Part shown: positions 8,535-17,586 of the stretch, piece after piece
Layout of the letters: each line of letters begins with the position of its first letter
Numbering within the stretch: position 1 is the stretch's first letter
NCBI GenBank assembly: GCA_017506175.1
Contig: JAFVNW010000060.1
Location: 11,490 to 75,489, forward strand
Source of the DNA: Bacteroidales bacterium
Lineage (GTDB): Bacteria > Bacteroidota > Bacteroidia > Bacteroidales > WCHB1-69
Reading direction: 5' to 3'
Length of the DNA: 64,000 nt
Made by a program: the position numbers and the translations under genes
The notes under the pieces: model-generated
Database searches by the model: none
Told to the model about the DNA's origin: nothing
The model's input: the letters and a program-made list of their open reading frames with translations, nothing else

Positions 8535-9042
8535 CAGAGAGCAAAAACTTGCCTACCTCCTCCGTCACGACAAACAGTACAACTTCGACATTCACGGTTG
8601 GCGTGAAGTGCATGACCTTGTGGAAAACCATGGCTACACTCAGGAGGAACTGGCTTCCATCGTAAAAAACAGTAACAAGCAGCGTTTCGAGTTCTCGGAC
8701 GACGGGCTACTCATCAGAGCACGGCAAGGCCACAGCATACAGGTTGATGTGGCACTGACTGAAGCCACTCCGCCCGAATACCTGTACCACGGAACTGTCG
8801 TGAGCAATGTTGCATCCATTATGGAAAAAGGGCTGCTTCCAATGAACCGCCTATATGTTCACCTGTCTGTTGACGAATCTACAGCTCTGAAAGTTGGAAG
8901 CCGAAGAAAAGGAGGAGCGGTCGTTTTGAAAGTCGCTGCACGGAGAATGTGGGAAGCTGGCCACCGTTTTTGGTTTTCACGAAACGGTGTTTGGCTTACA
9001 AAAACGGTTCCTGCGGATTATCTAATAATAGACGATAAGTAA
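8521..9042 (+). CDS. kptA: RNA 2'-phosphotransferase (KptA/Tpt1 family)
   Basis: LAYLLRHD ... HGW ... RFEF ... IRARQGHS ... YLYHGT ... LYVHLS motif series typical of Tpt1/KptA; 173 aa. It overlaps the upstream ORF by 14 nt. Confidence 0.85.
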   Translation: MCNINREQKLAYLLRHDKQYNFDIHGWREVHDLVENHGYTQEELASIVKNSNKQRFEFSDDGLLIRARQGHSIQVDVALTEATPPEYLYHGTVVSNVASIMEKGLLPMNRLYVHLSVDESTALKVGSRRKGGAVVLKVAARRMWEAGHRFWFSRNGVWLTKTVPADYLIIDDK

Positions 9043-9103
9043 AGAAATCACAAAAAATACCAAACTGTCATTCTTTTCAGAAAATATCAAGATGAAAAAA
9101 ATG

Positions 9104-9111
9104 TATCTTTG
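9104..9111 (+). promoter_or_regulatory. Bacteroidota -7 promoter box (TATCTTTG)
   Basis: TAnnTTTG match 15 nt upstream of ATG 9126. Confidence 0.5.
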
Positions 9112-9125
9112 CAAAAAAAAGTGAT

Positions 9126-9647
9126 ATGAAAGAATTTCTGATAATAGGTAATACCGTAGAAATAAAACAAATTGATTCAGCAGATATTTGTTATATACTG
9201 GCTTCTAAAAATTCTTCATATATATATCTTACAAATGGTGAGAGAATTCATGTCCTGATGCAAATCGGAAAGATTTACAAAAAAATCCAGAGCTCTCTCG
9301 AAACATATAAAGATTTTTACAAAATTGGAAGAAGTTTGATTGTAAACAGAACCAATTTGTCCGCTATGAATGTGTCTGAACAGCAGTTGATTTTCTCGGA
9401 CAAACGTTCGGAGGCTTACCTAAAAGGATACACCGCTGGATACTCTGATGGATATTCTGACAGCCGTTTAGGAAAACCATCACGTCTGCCTCTGGATTTG
9501 GGTGTGGGACAAATGATTTTAAAATATGAACCCGGAGACGATGATCAAGAGCCTGAACTAGATAAAATACATCTTCCTAAAAAGCATCTCAAGGAATTAT
9601 TGAAGCGCTTACAAGAAGGCATTATTAATAACAAAAACAAGGAATAA
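9126..9647 (+). CDS. stand-alone LytTR-type DNA-binding domain protein
   Basis: ICYILASKNSSYIYLTNGERIHVLMQIGKIYKKI ... FYKIGRSLIVNRTNL resembles the LytTR fold pattern. There is no receiver domain. The C-terminal part has GYTAGYSDGYSD. Confidence 0.6.
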   Translation: MKEFLIIGNTVEIKQIDSADICYILASKNSSYIYLTNGERIHVLMQIGKIYKKIQSSLETYKDFYKIGRSLIVNRTNLSAMNVSEQQLIFSDKRSEAYLKGYTAGYSDGYSDSRLGKPSRLPLDLGVGQMILKYEPGDDDQEPELDKIHLPKKHLKELLKRLQEGIINNKNKE

Positions 9648-10540
9648 TGAGCAAGAATACAGACATCAACGATTTAGAAGAGGGCTTTGTCATTTTAGGA
9701 GGAACATCTGATTTCTTCCAAAATGGGAGATACAATAGCCGTAGAAAACGACTTCCATGGTGGCTGTGGGTCATCATGGGAATCGTGGTTCTCGCAATTG
9801 CCATTTTTTTCATTTATAAAATCACTAGTAGAACAACGAATGGTGAACTCCAGCCAAGTCTATATTCCGTGAAGGAAAACGTGAAAACGGACATTTGGTA
9901 CAACAATACGGATGCTGCCGTCCCTCCTTGTTCTATTGTGTCGGACACCCTTATTGGCAGCATTCAGCTGCAGATAATCACCCCTTACAATGCGGTACCC
10001 GAACTCCATGTAGGGAAGCTTGATTCCTCCGACAACGACATAGTCTTTGCCACTTTAGCGGCTGACATTCGCCAAGATAACGGCAAAATTGTCGGTGCAT
10101 TCGTGAATGCAGGGGAACCCCTTGCGTGGGGGCTCTCAAAACGCGGTTACTGCGCAATCATTGAAGGCAATATCACACTTGGCGTAGCGGAGAATTCCCC
10201 TTTCTTTGAGCAAGCCACCGAGCAGAGCGGATACTTTTTTCGTCAATATCCCGCAGTGGATAAGGGTGTGATGGTTGAGAACAATCCGAAAAATGCATCT
10301 TATCGGCGTGCACTTTGTATGCTAAACGGAAAAGTTTGCATCATCGCAACGCCTGACCGCGTATTGATGAATGATTTCAGTTCGGCTCTTGCAACGTTGG
10401 GCGTTGAGAATGCCATTTTTCTTATCGGCGGCGATGCTGATGGCTGGTATCGAACAGCGGACGGCACTTTTCATCGATTGGGCGAAAAGTTCATTAAAGA
10501 CAATCCCAACATCAACTACATCGTCTTCCGCGCGCAATAA
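9647..10540 (+). CDS. membrane-anchored phosphodiester glycosidase-like (DUF2233/NAGPA-like) protein
   Basis: N-terminal TM helix (WWLWVIMGIVVLAIAIFFIY). The C-terminal RRALCMLNGKVCIIAT ... LATLGVENAIFLIGGDADGW resembles the RTAIG...NLDGGGS pattern of that family. Its ATG overlaps the upstream stop by 1 nt. Confidence 0.5.
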   Translation: MSKNTDINDLEEGFVILGGTSDFFQNGRYNSRRKRLPWWLWVIMGIVVLAIAIFFIYKITSRTTNGELQPSLYSVKENVKTDIWYNNTDAAVPPCSIVSDTLIGSIQLQIITPYNAVPELHVGKLDSSDNDIVFATLAADIRQDNGKIVGAFVNAGEPLAWGLSKRGYCAIIEGNITLGVAENSPFFEQATEQSGYFFRQYPAVDKGVMVENNPKNASYRRALCMLNGKVCIIATPDRVLMNDFSSALATLGVENAIFLIGGDADGWYRTADGTFHRLGEKFIKDNPNINYIVFRAQ

Positions 10541-10692
10541 CTTCTTTTGAATGATTCCTTTTCCAAGCCGACACCGGTGATTTTCTCCCGCGCCGCGGGC
10601 TGACACACGGATCTGCCATACCCCACGTTACGTTGTTCATTTCATTCCCAAGCATCAAATCCAATAGTAACTCCTCACGTTCTTTTTTGAAA

Positions 10693-10843
10693 ATTTGTCG
10701 AATGGAAAAGACAATCTAAACACTGTTTTGTCGAATGAAAAAGTCAAGGTTGGCTTAAGAATTGTGGATTTCTCCAGATTTTGAGTAAAAAAATGTGGAT
10801 TTCTCCGGTTTTTACATGAAAAAATTTGTGGATTCGGTTTTAT
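10693..10843 (+). repeat. two sets of short direct repeats in the intergenic region
   Basis: TTTGTCGAATGGAAAAGACAA / TTTGTCGAATGAAAAAGTCAA, followed by TGTGGATTTCTCCAGATTTT / TGTGGATTTCTCCGGTTTTT / TGTGGATTCGGTTTTA. Confidence 0.7.
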
Positions 10844-10846
10844 CCG

Positions 10847-10854
10847 TATTTTTG
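10847..10854 (+). promoter_or_regulatory. Bacteroidota -7 promoter box (TATTTTTG)
   Basis: TAnnTTTG match 27 nt upstream of ATG 10881. Confidence 0.5.
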
Positions 10855-10880
10855 CACCGATTTAATAATGCCATAACAAT

Positions 10881-12173
10881 ATGATTTTCAGAAGAAAGCT
10901 ATATGTTCGGATGCTAGATTGGAAGCAGAGGTGGGGCGGGAAATATGCACTGTTGATAAAAGGAGCCCGACGTGTGGGAAAATCCACACTCGTGGAAGAG
11001 TTCGCAAAAAAAGAGTATCGCAGCTATATCCTTATTGACTTTTCGAAGACATCGAAACAATTAGAGGAGGCTTTTGCAGACTATACGAACCTCAATTTTC
11101 TCTTTCTTCAACTACAAACCATCTTCAATGTCACTTTGTTTGAAAGAGAGTCGGTGATCATTTTTGACGAAGTGCAGTTCAATCCGCGCGCACGCCAAGC
11201 CATCAAGCATTTGGTGAAAGACGGTAGGTACGATTATATTGAAACTGGCTCCCTCATCTCCATACGGAAAAATGTTGAAAACATCCTGATTCCCAGTGAG
11301 GAAATGAGCATGGTACTCTACCCCATGGACTTGGAAGAATTCTATTGGGCGACGGGGAATGACACAGCACCTGCTCAAATCAGACAAGTTAATGGCATGA
11401 AACAGGCCATGGGCAATGCCGTTCACCAAAAATGGATGCGGGAATTGCGGCTTTATATGCTCGTGGGTGGCATGCCACAGGCTGTAGATGCGTACCTGTC
11501 AGCCAATCAGCTGCAGGAAGTGGACAGGGTGAAGCGACAGATAATAGAACTCTACGACACCGACTTCAACAAGATTGACCCGTCGGGCAGAGCATCAAAA
11601 ATGTTCAAGAACATCCCGGCACAACTCTCCAGCAATTCGTCCCGATATATGATAGAAACTGCTTTGGGAGAGAAGAAGCCTGGGAATATTGACACCGTTG
11701 TGTACAAGATGGGAGAAAGTATGGTGGTCAATCTGGCACATCACGTCAACGACCCCAATGTCGGATTGGGACTCAACAGCAGCCTCAACACCTACAAAAT
11801 GTATATGGCAGATACGGGGCTGTTCATTACATTGGCTTTTGGGGACAAAAATTTCACAGAGAACATCATATATCAGCAGTTATTAAGCAACAAACTGAAA
11901 GCCAATCTCGGGTATGTATATGAGAATCTTGTCGCTCAAATGCTTCAGACCGCTGGCAATGAATTGTATTACTACACATTTCCCACAGACAATGGAAACA
12001 AGAACTACGAAATCGACTTTCTCCTGTCACGAGGCAACAAGATAGTCCCCATTGAAGTGAAATCATCTGGCTATAAAACACATAAATCCCTTGATACATT
12101 CTGCGAAAAGTTCTCTTCCCGCATCGGCGAAAGAATCCTCCTCTATACCAAAGACTATGCCCAAGACAGCTAA
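10881..12173 (+). CDS. AAA-family ATPase (DUF4143-type ATP-binding protein)
   Basis: Walker A KGARRVGKST, Walker B IIFDEVQ, about 430 aa. The architecture is common in Bacteroides accessory regions. Confidence 0.8.
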   Translation: MIFRRKLYVRMLDWKQRWGGKYALLIKGARRVGKSTLVEEFAKKEYRSYILIDFSKTSKQLEEAFADYTNLNFLFLQLQTIFNVTLFERESVIIFDEVQFNPRARQAIKHLVKDGRYDYIETGSLISIRKNVENILIPSEEMSMVLYPMDLEEFYWATGNDTAPAQIRQVNGMKQAMGNAVHQKWMRELRLYMLVGGMPQAVDAYLSANQLQEVDRVKRQIIELYDTDFNKIDPSGRASKMFKNIPAQLSSNSSRYMIETALGEKKPGNIDTVVYKMGESMVVNLAHHVNDPNVGLGLNSSLNTYKMYMADTGLFITLAFGDKNFTENIIYQQLLSNKLKANLGYVYENLVAQMLQTAGNELYYYTFPTDNGNKNYEIDFLLSRGNKIVPIEVKSSGYKTHKSLDTFCEKFSSRIGERILLYTKDYAQDS

Positions 12174-12355
12174 ACCACTTGTATCCCAGTATATTACACA
12201 GCGTTGCTTTGAAATTGAAAAAGTGGCACAATGTCATTCTTCAATTTCCATTTCCAAAGTTGGCCGTTTTTTTCTATAATATAGTTTGACAACCAATTAA
12301 TTCATCAAAGCCTTTTTTCGAGGTTCATACAAAACACTTTTAACGTATAAAACCA

Positions 12356-13351
12356 ATGAGAAAGAGAAGCCCATTATCATTATTGGCAATCGCCATCATG
12401 CTTTGCCTTGTCTCCTGCTCGTCGCCGGAGAAGACAGCTGAAAAAGCCGCTATAAAAGCCAATACCTGCTGTTCCGATTATTTCAAGGAGTTGGAGAAAT
12501 GCGAAGAGGATTTCTGCGCGAGTTTCGACGCAGGCAAATATGCAAATCGCAAAGAGGCTATTCAGGACTACCGTGCACGCAAGGAAAAGGTCTATGAAAC
12601 ATACGAACAAAAGATGAACGAAGCTCAGGAGGCTTTCAACAAAGGATTGAATTCATTTGGTAGAGATTATAAAGAGAAGAGCCAATACCTGCAATCCTAC
12701 TATGCTTCGCTGGATATGGACAGACTAAGTGAGGTGGAGGCTTCGGCAAAGGATACGGTCCTGCCCGATGCAGTACGCATGGCAGTACGAAGCATCATGC
12801 CATCCAAGCCAAATCTCCAACAAATTCAACAAGAGCTGATCGGGCACTCGCTCTCAGAAGGCTTGGAGCCGGATGAGTGCTGGTTCAGCAAAGACTGGCG
12901 TTGGAACATCGAAGAAGGTGAAGTGCACGACTTGCACATAACCGAAACATTGCGTGACACCCGCGATGAATATTCCTTTATGGCAGATATGGTTTTGCAA
13001 GGAGAATACACCTCTTTCAGAGCCTCCGCGCAAATCACCTACAAACTGCCCGAGGACGAGGACTGGAAAATTGACTACATCCTTTCCAAAGGCTTGCGAA
13101 TAATACCCACTCATAAGTTTGACAATATATTACAATTCAGTATCGAAGATGATGGCTGGGGAGGTGTAAATGCACTAAAGATTCATAATCCGTCAGAAAT
13201 CGAGTTAGGGGCATTTGGATTCTTCTATGCTTATAACGAATGGCACCGTTTTGTAGCAATAATACCTCCTGGAGAAACAAAACAGGTGGGCGGCACCTTT
13301 TGTGGTGGCAATGTCACTAATTACAAAATAGCATACGTGGAACGACATTAG
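12356..13351 (+). CDS. hypothetical lipoprotein
   Basis: Signal peptide with lipobox (IMLCLVSCSSPEK); no recognised domain. Confidence 0.6.
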   Translation: MRKRSPLSLLAIAIMLCLVSCSSPEKTAEKAAIKANTCCSDYFKELEKCEEDFCASFDAGKYANRKEAIQDYRARKEKVYETYEQKMNEAQEAFNKGLNSFGRDYKEKSQYLQSYYASLDMDRLSEVEASAKDTVLPDAVRMAVRSIMPSKPNLQQIQQELIGHSLSEGLEPDECWFSKDWRWNIEEGEVHDLHITETLRDTRDEYSFMADMVLQGEYTSFRASAQITYKLPEDEDWKIDYILSKGLRIIPTHKFDNILQFSIEDDGWGGVNALKIHNPSEIELGAFGFFYAYNEWHRFVAIIPPGETKQVGGTFCGGNVTNYKIAYVERH

Positions 13352-13415
13352 ATGATAGACAATCAATTGTGTAAAAGCTAAAAATATTAAAAGAAAACGA
13401 TAGAGTTAACAAAAT

Positions 13416-13889
13416 ATGAGTGACTCAAACCTTATCCTAATCGGTATTGCCTTCTTTATTCTATTGGCCAGCTACATCACCAGTCTGGTCCTGTCGAAAA
13501 AAGGCAAAATGACCCTTACCTCAAATGGTTGGGACATGGCAATGCTTCTGACATGCCCCATAGCATTGCTTATCGCTTCGTGCTGGGATATGAAAATGCC
13601 CTTGAACACAGCCCAATACGTTTGTCTTAGCATTGCAGGTCTGTGTTTTATTGGGACAGCCATTATGTCTGTGGTGAGCAATCTCGGATGCTGGTGGGGA
13701 ATCGTCCTGTCTATTTTAGCCAAACTATTCATTATATGGTTGACGGCATTTATCATACTTCTGCTTTTAACCATTTTGATTATTTGTGTGATTTTAACCC
13801 TTGTGAGTGACAGCGATCGGGATGAGTATATTCTCTTGAAGTATGATCGTTCATTGCGGGCATACGTGGGATATAGGTACTACGATTAG
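13416..13889 (+). CDS. hypothetical multi-pass membrane protein
   Basis: 157-aa ORF with about four hydrophobic helices. Confidence 0.55.
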   Translation: MSDSNLILIGIAFFILLASYITSLVLSKKGKMTLTSNGWDMAMLLTCPIALLIASCWDMKMPLNTAQYVCLSIAGLCFIGTAIMSVVSNLGCWWGIVLSILAKLFIIWLTAFIILLLLTILIICVILTLVSDSDRDEYILLKYDRSLRAYVGYRYYD

Positions 13890-14109
13890 AGATATTCAAC
13901 ACGATGAATGCGCGACAGGGGAATTGTGCGCAAGATGGGAGTCTTTGGAATGGTATTGTGACCGAAAAGGTGGCTGTTCCTTCCACGGGGGAACTGAAAA
14001 AAATCACGGAACCAGTCGTGTCGTTCCCAAAATAACCGTACTTTTGCGAAATATTTCGCAACGAAATTTTTCGCCATGAAAAATCTTATCATTCACCCCT
14101 CTCGCCACC

Positions 14110-15198
14110 ATGCCCATGACCGATATTCTTGAAAAGAAATTCCTTGAACGCGATGATATAAAACGCCTCCTTGCTGCCGAAGGCGAGGAGTACGAACAAC
14201 TGCTGCAAAAGGCATTAGCCGTGAAACTGTCCGTTCTTGACAACAAAGTCCACCTGCGCGGACTGATCGAGCTGAGCAACATCTGCCGCAAGTCGTGCCT
14301 CTACTGTGGGGTACGCAGCGACAACCGCAAAGTGGAGCGGTACGCCCTCACCGACGATGAGGTGCTGGGGTGTGCCCGGCTGGCGCATCAGCTGGGTTAC
14401 GGCTCGGTGGCCATCCAGAGCGGCGAACGCAACGACCGCGAGTTCACCGACCGCATCACCCGCCTCGTCACCCAAATCAAACAGATTGACGGCGGCTCCC
14501 TCGGCATTACCCTGTCGCTGGGCGAGCAGAGCGAGGCGGTGTATCGCCAGTGGTTTGAGGCGGGCGCGCACCGCTATCTCCTCCGCATCGAGTCGTCGAA
14601 CGAGGAACTCTACTACAAAATCCATCCCCGCGACGAACGGCACGACTTCCACAAGCGGCTGGAGTGTATCGACACGCTGCTGCGCCTCGGCTACTAGACC
14701 GGCACGGGCGTGATGGTGGGACTTCCCTTCCAAACCCTCGACCACCTCGCCGACGACCTCATCTTCTTCCGCAACAAAGATGTGGCGATGGTGGGCATGG
14801 GACCCTTCATCCCGCACCCCGACACGCCGCTTTACCAGTACGCCGACCAAATCCCCTCGCCGGAGGAAAGGATGCGCCTCACCCTCAAGATGATCGCCAT
14901 CCTGCGGCTGATGATGCCGGAAATCAACATGGTGGCGGCCACCGCCAACGAGACCGTCGATCCGATGGGACGGGAAACGGCCATCCAGGCCGGCGCCAAC
15001 GTCATCATGCCGAACCTCACCCCCAATGCGTACCGCGAAGACTACCTCATCTATCCCGACAAAGCGTGCGTGAACGATAAGCCGGAACAGTGCCGCTCCT
15101 GCCTCGACCTGCGGATGAAAGCTATCCACCACGAGGTGCTGTACAACGCGTGGGGCGATTCGGTGGCGTTCACCAAACGCACACAATCAAATTCCTAA
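14110..15198 (+). pseudogene. hydE: HydE-like radical SAM enzyme ([FeFe]-hydrogenase maturase / BioB-like family) interrupted by an in-frame TAG at 14695-14697
   Basis: CRKSCLYCGVRSDN cluster motif, LRIESSNEELY, then LGY-TAG-TGTGVMVGLPFQT. Both ORF-track pieces (14110..14697 and 14710..15198) are in the same frame. Confidence 0.75.
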
Positions 15199-15261
15199 TA
15201 ATTTTTTTGGATATTGCATATTCTCAAGAGTAAAGCCATCTTCAATATCCGAACTTTGTTG

Positions 15262-15269
15262 TATCTTTG
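15262..15269 (+). promoter_or_regulatory. Bacteroidota -7 promoter box (TATCTTTG)
   Basis: TAnnTTTG match 30 nt upstream of GTG 15299. Confidence 0.5.
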
Positions 15270-15298
15270 CAGTCTTAAATTACTGTAAAACTATCCAC

Positions 15299-16567
15299 GT
15301 GCAACGACCTTTAGCCGAAATATTACGTCCCAAAAGCATTGAGAAATACATCGGGCAGACTCACCTGATGGGGCCTGGGGCGTCTTTGCGTCATGCCATT
15401 GAGACGGGCAATCTGCACTCCATGATTTTCTGGGGGCCGCCCGGTGTGGGCAAAACCACGCTCGCTCTGCTGATTTCCGAGGTCACGGGCGCACAGTTTT
15501 ACATGCTCAGCGCCATCAATTCCGGAGTGAAAGACATCCGAGAGGTGATTGAGCAGGCGAAGAAAAACGAAGGCAAATCCATCCTTTTCATCGATGAAAT
15601 ACATCGATTCTCCAAGTCCCAGCAGGATTCGTTGTTGGGGGCAGTGGAGCAGGGAGTCATCACGCTGGTCGGTGCCACCACTGAAAATCCCTCCTTTGAG
15701 GTGATTTCGCCGTTGCTTTCGCGCTGCCAAGTTTATGTACTGAAAAACCTTCAACGCGACGAGTTGGAACGGATCATTGCCAATGCGTGCGATTATTTGG
15801 AGAAAGAGCAGCACATTAAGTTGGAAATCAGGGAGGACGAGGCCTTGCTCCGCATATCCGGCGGCGATGCGCGCAAACTCATCAACGCCATCGAACTCGT
15901 TGCCACGACCGCCGTTCCGCAAAACGGCGTGATCGGGGTGACCAACGAGCTGGTGCAGAAAATCATCCAGAAGAATCTCGCCATTTACGATAAAAAAGGC
16001 GAAAGCCATTACGACATCATTTCCGCTTTCATCAAGTCAATGCGCGGCAGCGACCCCAATGCGGCGGTTTATTGGCTGGCGAGGATGCTGGCCGGCGGCG
16101 AAGATCCGCTCTTCATCGCGCGGCGTATGATTATCCTCGCAGCGGAAGATATCGGCAATGCTAATCCGAATGCATTGCTGCTTGCCAACAATTGCTTCCA
16201 AGCTGTTCACGAAATCGGGATGCCCGAAGCACGCATCATCCTTTCGCAAACCGCCATTTACCTGGCCTCTTCCGTCAAAAGTAACGCCTCCTATCTCGCA
16301 ATTGATGAGGCGTTGGACTGGGTGAAGAAAACCGGCGACCTGCCCGTGCCTCTCCATCTCCGCAATGCGCCAACCCAGTTGATGAAGGACTTGGGGTATC
16401 ATGAAAATTACAAGTACGCACATGATTATGAGCAGAATTTCGTCAATCAGGAGTTCCTGCCCGAACAAATCAGTGGCAAGAAATTCTATGAGCCACAAAA
16501 CAATCCGAGGGAGAATGAGCTTCGTCGTTATCTGCGCAACTGCTGGCAGAACAAGTACCGCTACATC
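15299..16567 (+). CDS. rarA: replication-associated recombination protein A (RarA/MgsA AAA+ ATPase); no stop codon before the next domain
   Basis: [19 protein letters not shown], Walker [18 protein letters not shown], and C-terminal MgsA-type helical region. The frame runs on into a PorP/SprF-like sequence. Confidence 0.85.
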
Positions 16568-17575
16568 TTGCTGATTGCCGTTTTCCTCGCTTCGTTCCTG
16601 CCCTCATTCGCGCAGGACATCCACTATTCGCAGTTCGAAGCCAATCCGCTCTATCTGAATCCCGCCAACACAGGAGCCATCGACGGTGTCTTCCGCGTGG
16701 GCATCAACCAGAAGACACAGTGGCTGGCAGTGACCAAGCCGTATGTCAGTTTTTCCGGCTCTTTCGACGCTCCGGTCTATAAAAGCAACGGTCGGCGGCA
16801 GTTGTTGGGCTTGGGCTGTCAGTTTAATACAGATAGGGCGGGCGATTCTCGTTTCAAATCCCTGCAAGGAAATCTATCGCTCTCATTTACAAAGGCCTTG
16901 GACCGAAAAAACCGCAACAAGCTGAGCCTCGGTATCTATGGCGGGTTTGTGCAGCGCAGCATCAATTATGGTGCCCTGACTTTTGATGAGCAGTTTCAGG
17001 ACGGCGTGTTCAGCGAGGACAATCCCATCTCGGAAACCTTCGGACGCGAAAAATTCTTTTTTTTTGATTGCGGGACCGGCATTGCATGGAGTTACACTCC
17101 CAACAAGCATAGTTTGTTTAGTGTAGGGGCGAGTGTGAGCCATTTATTGGAGCCCAATGTCACCTTTTTCGACGTAAAAACCTCGCTCCACCGCAAATAT
17201 ACCGGCTACTTTGTTTCCAGGATTACAATTCTTGAGAACTTCAGCATTTCGCCAGTGGCGTATGCGAGTTTTCAGCACAAGTATCGTGAAATCGTCTTCG
17301 GTTCGCTATTTGAGTATCAGTATTATCGCAATCGCATCAGCAACCGGTTCGCTGCCGGCGGTGGACTCTATTACCGCTGGGCGGATGCGCTCATCCTATG
17401 CGCCACTGTGCAATGGGAAAACATACGCCTTGGCTTGAGTTACGACCTGAACTTCTCCTCCCTAACCCGTGCCAGCAAGGCGCGCGGCGGATTTGAAATC
17501 TCTTTGTACTACATATTTAAAAAACCGAGTGTCAGAAAGGCAGGTCATGAGCCCTGCCCCTTTGAAATCATGTAA
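16568..17575 (+). CDS. PorP/SprF-family type IX secretion outer-membrane protein (in frame with rarA; start unresolved, TTG 16568 is a candidate)
   Basis: Signal-peptide-like [18 protein letters not shown] followed by IHYSQFEANPLYLNPANTG, the characteristic PorP/SprF N-terminus. There is no in-frame ATG nearby. Confidence 0.7.
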   Translation: MLIAVFLASFLPSFAQDIHYSQFEANPLYLNPANTGAIDGVFRVGINQKTQWLAVTKPYVSFSGSFDAPVYKSNGRRQLLGLGCQFNTDRAGDSRFKSLQGNLSLSFTKALDRKNRNKLSLGIYGGFVQRSINYGALTFDEQFQDGVFSEDNPISETFGREKFFFFDCGTGIAWSYTPNKHSLFSVGASVSHLLEPNVTFFDVKTSLHRKYTGYFVSRITILENFSISPVAYASFQHKYREIVFGSLFEYQYYRNRISNRFAAGGGLYYRWADALILCATVQWENIRLGLSYDLNFSSLTRASKARGGFEISLYYIFKKPSVRKAGHEPCPFEIM

Positions 17576-17586
17576 TTTTTTTTTGA

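Noticed and set aside
1-14000. Calling the left block a defined mobile element or genomic island.
   Set aside because: No integrase, transposase, conjugation gene, tRNA target or terminal repeats are visible. Only the compositional and gene-content contrast is reported.
14695-14697. Possibility that TAG is reassigned (for example to Gln) in this organism.
   Set aside because: TAG terminates several well-supported genes here, at lengths consistent with their families: ftsY at 26492-26494, the lipoprotein at 6301-6303, and 48445..49014 at 48445-48447.
14215-15186. 323-aa antisense ORF over the hydE-like gene. Similar long antisense ORFs are at 15323..16009, 29656..30456, 40032..40820, 43287..44333, 44693..45811, 55523..56401, 59837..60925, 33618..34229 and 36967..37686.
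   Set aside because: They lie opposite genes with strong family motifs and have low-complexity, Arg/Gly/His/Val-rich translations. They occur only in the G+C-rich part, which is typical of shadow ORFs.
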